DNA of 64,000 bases from Eledone cirrhosa. Taxonomy: Eukaryota. A program made the position numbers and the translations under genes. Below are positions 52,125-64,000 of the stretch, piece after piece. The stretch lies in the NCBI GenBank assembly GCA_964016885.1, contig OZ024746.1:24180001-24244000 (forward strand). Direction: 5' to 3'. The notes under the pieces were generated by a model. The model was given only the letters and a program-made list of their open reading frames with translations, searched no databases and was not told where the DNA came from. Numbering within the stretch: position 1 is the stretch's first letter; the number at the start of each line of letters is the position of its first letter.

Positions 52125-52529
52125 TCTGTCTGTGTTTGTAGTAACTGTATGAAGAATATACACAATATACATCTTATATAGTCTGTGCCTGTCTGTCAGT
52201 GTGCGTGTCTGTCAATCTGTGTGTGTGTGTGTGTGTGCGTGTGTGTGTGTGTATGTGAGTGTCAGTCTGTCTATAGTAGGTGTATCGGAATATATACAAC
52301 ATACATCTTATAATCTGTCTGTCTGTCTGTCAGTTAATCTGTATGTCTATCTACCTTTCTGTAGTAGTTAAATCAGGAATATATACAATATACATCTAAC
52401 AGTTTGTTGGTCTGTCTGTGTGTCAGTCAGTCAGTCTGTCTGTCTGTCCGCTGCTTAAGGAATATACAACATGCATCTGAGAGTCCCTGTTGGTCTGTCT
52501 GTCTGCTTGTCTGTCTGACTACCTGTCTG

Positions 52530-52548
52530 TCTCTTGTAGCTGTATCAG

Positions 52549-52579
<31 letters not shown>

Positions 52580-55500
52580 ACATACATCTCACAGCCTGTG
52601 TCTGTCTGTCTGTCTGTGTTGGTCTGTGTTAGTCTGTCTGTCTGTGTTGGTCTGTGTCTGTCTGTCTGTCTCTAGTAGCTGTATCAGGAATATATAAACA
52701 ACATACATCTAACAGCCTGTGTTGGTCTGTGTCTGTCTGTCTGTCTCTAGTAGCTGTATCAGGAATATATATACAACATACATCTAACAGCCTGTGTTGG
52801 TCTGTGTCTGTCTGTCTGTCTCTAGTAGCTGTATCAGGAATATAGATACAACATACATCTAACAGCCTCTGTTGGTCTGTGTCTGTCTGTCTGTCTCTAG
52901 TAGCTGTATCAGGAATATATATACAACATACATCTAACAGCCTGTGTTGGTCTGTGTCTGTCTGTCTGTCTCTAGTAGCTGTATCAGGAATATATATACA
53001 ACATACATCTAACAGCCTGTGTTGGTCTGTGTCTGTCTGTCTGTCTCTAGTAGCTGTATCAGGAATATATATACAACATACATCTAACAGCCTGTGTTGG
53101 TCTGTGTCTGTCTGTCTGTCTCTAGTAGCTGTATCAGGAATATATATACAACATACATCTAACAGCCTCTGTTGGTCTGTGTCTGTCTGTCTGTCTCTAG
53201 TAGCTGTATCAGGAATATATATACAACATACATCTAACAGCCTGTGTTGGTCTGTGTCTGTCTGTCTGTCTCTAGTAGCTGTATCAGGAATATATATACA
53301 ACATACATCTAACAGCCTCTGTTGGTCTGTGTCTGTCTGTCTGTCTCTAGTAGCTGTATCAGGAATATATATACAACATACATCTAACAGCCTCTGTTGG
53401 TCTGTGTCTGTCTGTCTGTCTCTAGTAGCTGTATCAGGAATATATATACAACATACATCTAACAGCCTCTGTTGGTCTGTGTCTGTCTGTCTCTAGGAGC
53501 TGTATCAGGAATATATATACAACATACATCTAACAGCCTGTGTTGGTCTGTGTCTGTCTGTCTCTAGGAGCTGTATCAGGAATATATATACAACATACAT
53601 CTAACAGCCTGTGTTGGTCTGTGTCTGTCTGTCTGTCTCTAGTAGTTGTATCAGGAATATATATACAACATACATCTAACAGCCTCTGTTGGTCTGTGTC
53701 TGTCTGTCTGTCTCTAGTAGCTGTATCAGGAATATATATACAACATACATCTAACAGTCTGTGTTGGTCTGTGTCTGTCTGTCTGTCTCTAGTAGCTGTA
53801 TCAGGAATATATATACAACATACATCTAACAGCCTGTGTTGGTCTGTGTCTGTCTGTCTCTAGTAGCTGTATCAGGAATATATATACAACATACATCTAA
53901 CAGCCTCTGTTGGTCTGTGTCTGTCTGTCTGTCTCTAGTAGCTGTATCAGGAATATATATACAACATACATCTAACAGCCTGTGTTGGTCTGTGTCTGTC
54001 TGTCTCTAGGAGCTGTATCAGGAATATATATACAACATACATCTAACAGCCTCTGTTGGTCTGTGTCTGTCTGTCTGTCTCTAGTAGTTGTATCAGGAAT
54101 ATATATACAACATACATCTAACAGCCTCTGTTGGTCTGTGTCTGTCTGTCTGTCTCTAGTAGCTGTATCAGGAATATATATACAACATACATCTAACAGT
54201 CTGTGTTGGTCTGTGTCTGTCTGTCTGTCTCTAGTAGCTGTATCAGGAATATATATACAACATACATCTAACAGCCTGTGTTGGTCTGTGTCTGTCTGTC
54301 TGTCTCTAGTAGCTGTATCAGGAATATATATACAACATACATCTAACAGCCTCTGTTGGTCTGTATCTGTCTGTCTGTCTCTAGTAGCTGTATCAGGAAT
54401 ATATACAACATACATCTAACAGCCTGTGTTGGTCTGTGTCTGTCTGTCTGTCTCTAGTAGCTGTATCAGGAATATATATACAACATACATCTAACAGCCT
54501 CTGTTGGTCTGTGTCTGTCTGTCTGTCTCTAGTAGCTGTATCAGGAATATATATACAACATACATCTAACAGCCTGTGTTGGTCTGTGTCTGTCTGTCTG
54601 TCTCTAGTAGCTGTATCAGGAATATATATACAACATACATCTAACAGCCTCTGTTGGTCTGTGTCTGTCTGTCTGTCTCTAGTAGCTGTATCAGGAATAT
54701 ATATACAACATACATCTAACAGCCTCTGTTGGTCTGTGTCTGTCTGTCTGTCTCTAGTAGCTGTATCAGGAATATATATACAACATACATCTAACAGCCT
54801 CTGTTGATCTGTGTCTGTCTGTCTGTCTCTAGTAGCTGTATCAGGAATATATATACAACATACATCTAACAGCCTCTGTTGGTCTGTGTCTGTCTGTCTG
54901 TCTCTAGTAGCTGTATCAGGAATATATATACAACATACATCTAACAGTCTGTGTTGGTCTGTGTCTGTCTGTCTGTCTCTAGTAGCTGTATCAGGAATAT
55001 ATATACAACATACATCTAACAGCCTCTGTTGGTCTGTGTCTGTCTGTCTGTCTCTAGTAGCTGTATCAGGAATATATATACAACATACATCTAACAGTCT
55101 GTGTTGGTCTGTGTCTGTCTGTCTCTAGTAGCTGTATCAGGAATATATACACAACATACATCTAACAGCCTCTGTTGGTCTGTGTCTGTCTGTCTCTAGT
55201 AGCTGTATCAGGAATATATATACAACATACATCTAACAGCCTGTGTTGGTCTGTGTCTGTCTGTCTGTCTGTCTCTAGGAGCTGTATCAGGAATATATAT
55301 ACAACATACATCTCACAGCCTGTGTCTGTCTGTCTGTCTGTGTTGGTCTGTGTCTGTCTGTCTGTCTGTGTTGGTCTGTGTCTGTCTGTCTCTAGTAGCT
55401 GTATCAGGAATATATATACAACATACATCTAACAGTCTGTGTTGGTCTGTGTCTGTCTGTCTGTCTCTAGTTGCTGTATCAGGAATATATATAACATACA

Positions 55501-57180
55501 TCTAACAGCCTGTGTTGGTCTGTGTCTGTCTGTCTGTCTCTAGTAGCTGTATCAGGAGTATATATACAACATACATCTAACAGCCTCTGTTGGTCTGTGT
55601 CTGTCTCTAGTAGCTGTATCAGGAATATATATACAACATACATCTAACAGCCTGTGTTGGTCTGTGTCTGTCTGTCTGTCTCTAGTAGCTGTATCAGGAA
55701 TATATATACAACATACATCTAACAGCCTGTGTTGGTCTGTGTCTGTCTGTCTGTCTCTAGTTGCTGTATCAGGAATATATATACAACATACATCTAACAG
55801 CCTCTGTTGGTCTGTGTCTGTCTGTCTGACTCTAGTAGCTGTATCAGGAATATATATACAACATACATCTAACAGCCTGTGTTGGTCTGTGTCTGTCTGT
55901 CTGTCTCTAGTAGCTGTATCAGGAATATATATACAACATACATCTAACAGCCTGTGTTGGTCTGTGTCTGTCTGTCTGTCTCTAGTTGCTGTATCAGGAA
56001 TATATATACAACATACATCTAACAGCCTGTGTTGGTCTGTGTCTGTCTGTCTGTCTCTAGTAGCTGTATCAGGAATATATATACAACATACATCTAACAG
56101 CCTGTGTTGGTCTGTGTCTGTCTGTCTGTCTCTAGTAGCTGTATCAGGAATATATATACAACATACATCTAACAGCCTGTGTTGGTCTGTGTCTGTCTGT
56201 CTGTCTCTAGTTGCTGTATCAGGAATATATATACAACATACATCTAACAGCCTCTGTTGGTCTGTGTCTGTCTGTCTGTCTCTAGGAGCTGTATCAGGAA
56301 TATATATACAACATACATCTAACAGCCTCTGTTGGTCTGTGTCTGTCTGTCTGTCTCTAGTAGCTGTATCAGGAATATATATACAACATACATCTAACAG
56401 CCTCTGTTGGTCTGTGTCTGTCTGTCTGTCTCTAGTAGCTGTATCAGGAATATATATACAACATACATCTAACAGCCTGTGTTGGTCTGTGTCTGTCTGT
56501 CTGTCTCTAGTAGCTGTATCAGGAATATATATACAACATACATCTAACAGCCTCTGTTGGTCTGTGTCTGTCTGTCTGTCTGTCTGTCTTTAGTAGCTGT
56601 ATCAGGAATATATATACAACATACATCTAACAGCCTCTGTTGGTCTGTGTCTGCCTGTCTGTCTCTAGTAGCTGTATCAGGAATATATATACAACATACA
56701 TCTAACAGCCTGTGTTGGTCTGTGTCTGTCTGTCTCTAGTAGCTGTATCAGGAATATATATACAACATACATCTAACAGCCTCTGTTGGTCTGTGTCTGT
56801 CTGTCTGTCTGTCTGTCTTTAGTAGCTGTATCAGGAATATATATACAACATACATCTAACAGCCTCTGTTGGTCTGTGTCTGCCTGTCTGTCTCTAGTAG
56901 CTGTATCAGGAATATATATACAACATACATCTAACAGCCTGTGTTGGTCTGTGTCTGTCTGTCTCTAGTAGCTGTATCAGGAATATATATACAACATACA
57001 TCTAACAGCCTCTGTTGGTCTGTATCTGCCTGTCTGTCTCTAGTAGATGTATCAGGAATATATATACAACATACATCTAACAGCCTGTGTTGGTCTGTGT
57101 CTGTCTGTCTGTCTCTAGTAGCTGTATCAGGAATATATATACAACATACATCTAACAGCCTGTGTTGGTCTGTCTGTGTG
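52530..57180. repeat. 75-bp satellite array (about 60 copies)
   Basis: Unit TAGTAGCTGTATCAGGAATATATATACAACATACATCTAACAGCCT(G/C)TGTTGGTCTGTGTCTGTCTGTCTGTCTC; length varies by TCTG or TA steps. Confidence 0.98.
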
Positions 57181-57484
57181 TCTGTGCATAGACTGATAGT
57201 GGAGTTATTTCTGACAGATCAACAACTTGTAAAGCTATTCTTAGAATAAAAGAGATGTGGGATGTTTTGGTGGGTTTGGCAAATATTCTCTGATATAGGC
57301 ACCAACATAGATCATAACCATCATCATCATCTCTATCATCGTAACTAGAGGCATCATCATCATCATAAACAACATCAGCAGCATTGTTGACATCAACTTT
57401 ATCATTTGGATTACAATTCTCTATATTAATTATTGTTGTCTTTAACAACAATCATCATCAATAGCACAGTCATATTTACTATTA

Positions 57485-58605
57485 TTTATTATTATCATTA
57501 CTATGATCATTGCCGACACCACCACCATTATCGTCACCATCATTATCACCATCATCACCACCATCATCACCACCATTATCACCATCATCACCACCATCAT
57601 CACCACCATTATCACGATCATCACCACCATCATCACCACCATCATCATCACCACCATCATCATCACCATTATCACGATCATCACCACCATCATCACGATC
57701 ATCACCACCATCATCATCACCATTATCACCATCATTATCACCACTGCCACCACCACCACCACCACCACCATGATCATCATTATCACCACCACCACCACCC
57801 CCACCATGATCATCATTGCCACCACCACCACCATGATCATCATTGTCACCACCGCCACCACCATACTCACCACCATGATCATCATTGCTACCACCACCAC
57901 CACCACCATGATCATCATTATCACCACCACCACCACCATGATCATCATTGCCACCACCACCACCACCATGATCATCATTGTCACCACCTCCACCACCACC
58001 ACCACCATGATCATCATTGTCACCACATCCACCACCACCACCACCACCATGATCATCATTGCCACCACCACCACCACCATCATAATCATCATTGTCACCA
58101 CCACCACCACCACCATCATGATCATCATTGCCACCACCACTATGATCATCATTGTCACCACCTCCACCACCACCACCACCATGATCATCATTGTCACCAC
58201 CTCCACCACCACCACCACCACCATGATCATCATTGCCACCACCACCACCACCATCATGATCATCATTGTCACCACCACCACCACCACCATGATCATCATT
58301 GCCACCACCACCACCACCATACTCACCACCATGATCATCAATAGTACAATCATAATTATCATCACCAATCATTAACATCACAGTCCCCACAATTACTACA
58401 AGCATCATCATCATCACCAATAATAACACAATTGCTATCATCAACACCACCACAATAATAATCACCATGTTCATCCTTAAAGCCACCATCATCATCATCT
58501 CTATCACCACTACTAACATCATCATCACCATCTCCATCATCTCTATGACCACAACCACTAAAAACACCACCACCAACACCACCACCACCAACACCACCAC
58601 CAACA
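57485..58605. repeat. (CAC/CAT) complex microsatellite with a higher-order CATGATCATCATTG unit
   Basis: Poly-His, Thr and Val ORFs in multiple frames. Confidence 0.9.
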
Positions 58606-60975
58606 GTATCTATTATAACACAGATTCAAAACACAGCAAATTGCCAAAACAAACATGAGTGTATGTATGTGTTTGAATGTGTGTATTTATGTCTGTGTAT
58701 GTATGTATGTATGTATGTATGTATGTATGTATGTATGTATGTATGTATGTATGTATGTATGTATATATATAGGTATTTATGTATAAATACATGCACACAC
58801 ATACATACAAAGAAGGGGAAAAAATACAATTTAAATTTGCTTTCCTTTGTGTCTTTGTTTCAGACCAGAAACTAAATAAGAGTTTGCCAATGTCTACTTT
58901 TAAAAGCCAAATAGAAAACACCATTATTTTCATGGTTACATGTGAAATGAAAGAATTCTTCGGAGAGAAACACATTGAAGAAGATATGACGGAATGAAGG
59001 GAAAGATAGGGGGGGGGGGGGTATGGTATAGAGGGGTAGGTAGGAGGAAAGAATACAAAATAAAAAGCCTAGTGGCAGTATTTGGCAATAATTTCTATAT
59101 TAACTGAAGTAAACATAGTCTCAGAAAAGTAATATATATAGACATGAGAAGAAACATTTTACAATTCCAACATGGTTCTGGTTTATTTCTTCGTTTCCTT
59201 CTCTTTTGGATAACCAATCTAATGAGGTTTTTTGGGGAAAAGAAATAATTCTCATTTTTGCAATTGCTTGTTATTCTTTCTTTCTCTTTTAAAAACCTGA
59301 TGGATTTAAGAAGGTGTGGGGGAGTCAGAGAGGGGGTGGTAAGGTGAAGAGAGACATTTAGGTGCTGAATTATATGTTAGCACCAAAGATATATATTTAA
59401 TTTTCATTGTCATCAGCAGCATTGTTTTTGTCTGTTTTTTTTTATATATACATATATTCTTGTATGGGCTTGACAATGGCGGCAGCGGTGGTGGGGTGGA
59501 GGCAATATTCTACAGCTGGACAGATGACCTTCATGATGCCAACCCTTGTTTTTCTTATTCAAGTCAGTTTCCGATCTTTGCATATTGAACCACTCAGCTG
59601 GTGGCCATTTGTTTTATGCAGAACATAAATATAAATACTTTAACCCTTTCACGGCCATATTTCCAATGAAAGACACTTCCTAGGATTTTTAAATAATTTT
59701 GGAATTTGGAAGGATTTAGTAAAATAACTAACTTTCTCATCATTAAATTGGTGAAACATTACAACGAAGGTTGTTACATAAAAATAAAGTATGAGTCAAG
59801 AGTAGAAGACTAGCACAATTGTTAAAGCTTTGGATGTGCTGTGATATTTATTCTGGGTCATGAGTTAAAATCCCATTATAGCTTACTTAAGTAGAAGACT
59901 ATTGTCTTGTTCAACATGCCTGCCTGGTCCTTGGATGACTTTAGTGAAGTCTGCTTTCTTGGACACATTTGGGCCAGATTTCCCTTCAACAAAGGATCAG
60001 GTGGAAACCTGGTCCTGGGTGCCTTCAATGAAGTCCACTCCCTTGGAGACATTTGGGCCAAATTTCCCTTCAACTCCCACCGGGTCCTTGGCTGCCTTTA
60101 GTAAAGACCATGCACGTGGAAATATTTGGGCTAGATTTCCAATGTGTTTCAGATTTCCCTGAAAAGTGGCTCATGTGTACTGCCCTATCTCTTGACAAGC
60201 CATGATAAACTAGAAAGTAAGCATATGATGATGATGATGATAGTGATAGAAATAGAAGCTCCTTCACTGGATTGCAGCAACAAGTATTGTATTGTCAGGT
60301 AAAACCAATTAACGATTTAATTAGCATGGATATAATGAAAAGGAAATAATGAAGGGAAACAATGAAGGGAAACTCACAGATGCAGCGGATGTGTGTGTGT
60401 GTTTATACATCTGATGTACAGTGTGTGTGTGTACACATTTGATATGTAGTGTGTGTGTGTACACATTTAATGTATATTGTGTGTGTGCGTGTGTATATGT
60501 ACACATATGCAGTGTAGTGTGTGTGTGTGTGTATATACATGTACACATTTGATGTGTAATGTGTGTGTACACATTTGCTGTGTATGTAGTGTGTTCATAG
60601 AAAGTTAAGGTTATAGTTGACAGTAACACTCTAGAATTAGGTAGCTATGATTTGCAAATAGTTTTTCCGTGTGCAAGATGACGATAGAGTCATTGAGGTA
60701 GCACAATATTTGTACAGTGTGTCTGCTGGCTTTTGTCAAGGTTTTCGGAACAACTCATCTCCATTGCAATTGTATAGAAATGACAGAAATTCCTCAGAGT
60801 CTATAAAGTAATATATCAATGTATTGTGGTTTCTGGAAGAGAAATAAGGAATACATAGGAGATATTCCACTAATGGAATCGGTAAAATGTGGAAGTAATG
60901 GACTGGACCATTATTCTTTGTGAATGTGAACAGACTGGAACAAAAGTTAAGGTATTTACTATATCTATCTATCTA

Positions 60976-61059
<84 letters not shown>

Positions 61060-62391
61060 ATGCTTTTAACAATTCATTACAAACCTGCCAGTCCTACTAT
61101 TTTTACATTTTACTTTCATGTATGTGCCTATTTAAGGTTACCATTGGGGATTACTATTAAGGATATTGTGATAATGTTGAAGGTGTCTATTTTAGGTTAC
61201 TATAGGGAATGATGAGGATTATTACTGGGGGTATTACTGGAGGTTACTATTTGGAAATATTACGAGACGTTATCATTGAAGGTTACTACTAAGGGAGGGG
61301 GGGGGGGTTATTTTGGAGTAGTTGCAACATGGCTGCTTGGTGAAGATGTTCACTTCTCAATCATTAGGTCCCAGGTTCAATCCCACAGCATGCAATCCTG
61401 AGTAAGTGTCATTTACCATGGCTTTAGGTCAACCCAAGCCATGTCAGTGAAACTGGGTAGACAAACAGTTTGGAAGCCTGATGGATTGACTGGTCCTTTA
61501 TTTTATTAACCCTTCTTCTCTTACTTATTTCTGAGAGGGTCGCGAGGGAAGAGTCATCAAACACTCCTTCCAACAAATCCTGTCAGGAGCAGCCATCTCC
61601 AATTGATCCAGCTGGATCCCCAAGCGTGACCAGACAAGCTCATGGATGTTATCCAACTATCTTGCTCAGGGTCTACTGAGGAGAAATGAAGCTAAAATGC
61701 AAAATTAACTTTGATGGGATTTGAACACAGAATTAACCAAAACAGACACAACACATTTCTCTGATGCTCTAACAACTTTCTATATCAGAACTAATTAAAA
61801 TATCAACTTTGAAAAAATATAAAATATTTTTTTATTTCTATTTTCAATTTTATTTATTTAGTTTAAACATTTTAATATAAATATGTAAATAACTGATTCT
61901 TTATGGAAACAAGAAAATATATGAATAATAAAGAAATCAATTTGATATTAAAACAATATTAGAAACTAATCTATTTAACCTCAATACCTTATATCAGTTT
62001 ATAAAATAATGACAACAGCAACATCATCATCATGATTATCATCACCATCATACATCTGATTTTCCATATTGGCATGGGTTAGATGCTATACTACACCACA
62101 CCACTACACCACTACACTTCACTACTACTACCACAGAGCACCTCTACTTCACTATATTACTCTATACCACTATAATACTACTACCACAACTCTACTTCAT
62201 TATCCTATGCCACACCACTACACTACTTTCACCACTACTACACTACATATATTACACTACATCATTATATTACTATACTTACACTACAGCACTATATTAA
62301 ACTACAACCACACTACTACACTCTTACATCACATCATACCATACTACATTACACCTCTATACTATATTATACCATTCCACTATGCTTCATG

Positions 62392-62423
<32 letters not shown>

Positions 62424-62509
62424 GCATTTATGCACACACATCCATGCAAACACACACATTTACAAACTTACACACATACATACCCATACATAAGATATAT
62501 GAAATAATA

Positions 62510-62686
62510 CGAGGGTGGGCTGAAAAGTTCATAGGCTGACTCTGAAGGAGTGATGCTAAAATCTTGCATGCATTAATTTCAACTCTTAATAACTGCATTG
62601 TTTCTTTCTAGGATTAAAGTTGATAAATACCTCATTTGGTCATTCCATGAGAGTATCTTGGTCAGCCTATGAACTTTTCAGCCTAC
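62510..62686. mobile_element. Tc1/mariner-like MITE (a second partial copy at ~62795-62900)
   Basis: TA-CGAGGGTGGGCTGAAAAGTTCATAGGCTGAC ... GTCAGCCTATGAACTTTTCAGCC, a 23-bp perfect inverted repeat. Confidence 0.75.
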
Positions 62687-62695
62687 ACACACCCA

Positions 62696-62772
62696 CAGGG
62701 TGTCCCAAAAAAAATACACACACTTTTATTAGAATACTGTTGAAGTTTGTATACATTTTTGAGGACACCCTG
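62696..62772. mobile_element. 77-bp Tc1/mariner-like MITE
   Basis: TIRs CAGGGTGTCCCAAAAA / TTTTTGAGGACACCCTG. Confidence 0.7.
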
Positions 62773-63237
62773 TGTATATGTATATATACACAATGGTAGG
62801 CTGAAAAATTCATGAGCTGGCTATGAAGGAGCTAGAGCTGTGAAATCTTGCATGCATTAATTTCAACTCTTCTTATTAATAACTGCATTGTTTCTTTCCA
62901 GAGACTACATTGAAAAATAAATTGTAAACTTTTCCACTGACCCTCATAGAAAAACGTGAGAGAATCTCTCTACGTAATCACCATTCAAACGTTAATGCTT
63001 AAGTTATTTTATTGCCATTAAATATTCCATTAAATATTCCATTAATTTATCTTCTATTTCTGTAATATGATATGAAAGAGATAGTTGACAAATATAGACA
63101 TGAACAAACTATAACATAAGTTAATTATAAATGTATTAAATAACAATAGACCAGTGAGACATCAAGACAAATTGCTTTCTCTTTTTTCCCCACCTTAGAA
63201 AAGGAAGGAAGGAAGAATATTATTTCAATCTCTTTCA

Positions 63238-63432
63238 TTGGTCTCAATCATGTGACTGTGGCCATGCTGGGGCATTGCCTTTTAAAAGAGTTTTTTTTCT
63301 ACAGTTTTACTGGTTTCAATCATGTGACTGTGGCCATGCTGGGGCATTGCCTTTTAAAAGAGTTTTTTTTCTACAGTTTTACTGGTTTCAATCATGTGAC
63401 TGTGGCCATGCTGGGGCACTGCTTTTTAAAAA
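63238..63432. repeat. 72-bp tandem repeat (~2.7 copies) derived from a SINE fragment
   Basis: CAATCATGTGACTGTGGCCATGCTGGGGCA repeated at 72-bp spacing (24-aa period in the ORF track). Confidence 0.88.
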
Positions 63433-63880
63433 TTTTTAGTCAATTGTATAGATATCCATGTACAAGGGATGCATCTTGACACACAGATTTACACCAGTGT
63501 AAAACACACACAAACATAGAAACACTACACTATACCATATCAATATACTGAACAGCATTACACACACACACACATGTAAACATTACATTACTATAAATCT
63601 TAAGGCTTATGTAACACCTACATAATCTAATCTCTCTCTCTTTCTCTTTCTGGTGTCTGTAATGTGTGTATGTATGTGTGTCTTTTTAACAGTAACAAAA
63701 CATCACCAAAGTTAAAACAACACACTAGCTGTATTTCTGTAAATGTTATCACTATGATTATTATCCAAATTATATCTTATACCAACCACTAATGATTATG
63801 TTAGGGTTGGAAAGTAAACAATAAAAATATACACATAGAAGAATGTAGAAAGGTATATGGTATATGTACAAAGATCATTG

Positions 63881-64000
63881 AAACCTATGTATTGTTGAAT
63901 AGCCCTAGTTAAGCTCACATCTAGCAAACCTATGTATTGTTGTATAGCCCTAGTTAAGCTCACATCTAGCAAACCTATGTATTGTTGTATAGCCCTAGTT
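63881..64000. repeat. 45-bp minisatellite running off the window end
   Basis: AAACCTATGTATTGTTG(A/T)ATAGCCCTAGTTAAGCTCACATCTAGC, ~2.7 copies. Confidence 0.9.

Noticed and set aside
52654-57249. Long repetitive ORFs (SVCLSLVAVSGIYIQHTSNSLCW)n
   Set aside because: 75-bp satellite with frequent frameshifting 4-bp and 2-bp indels.
57433-58603. His-rich or Gly/Asp-rich proteins
   Set aside because: CAC/CAT microsatellite open in many frames, with no exon context.

Overview
AT-rich, repeat-dense metazoan DNA that is intergenic or intronic. The SINE families, RTE-type LINE debris and very dense (TA)n/(CA)n/(CAT)n microsatellites suggest a cephalopod (octopus-like) genome; this is inference. I found no convincing host protein-coding exon, and nearly all listed ORFs are artefacts of micro/minisatellites. 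The standout is a 4-kb insertion at 32326-36300: about 8.5 near-identical copies of a 467-bp unit, with a complete type I hammerhead ribozyme in each of the eight full copies. The copies form two diverging arms (about 5.2 units on the minus strand, about 3.3 on the plus strand) joined at a 3-bp microhomology. The insertion is flanked by a 15-bp target-site duplication and splits an older SINE. This fits a young non-LTR retrozyme copied from a circular RNA by rolling-circle reverse transcription primed from both ends of the target break. A second, apparently unrelated hammerhead-bearing element (5189-5622) has an octamer motif at a similar distance upstream of its ribozyme. The window also holds several perfect fold-back palindromes beside (TA)n tracts, three near-identical young tRNA-derived SINEs, hAT and Tc1/mariner MITEs, a local tandem duplication and many minisatellites.
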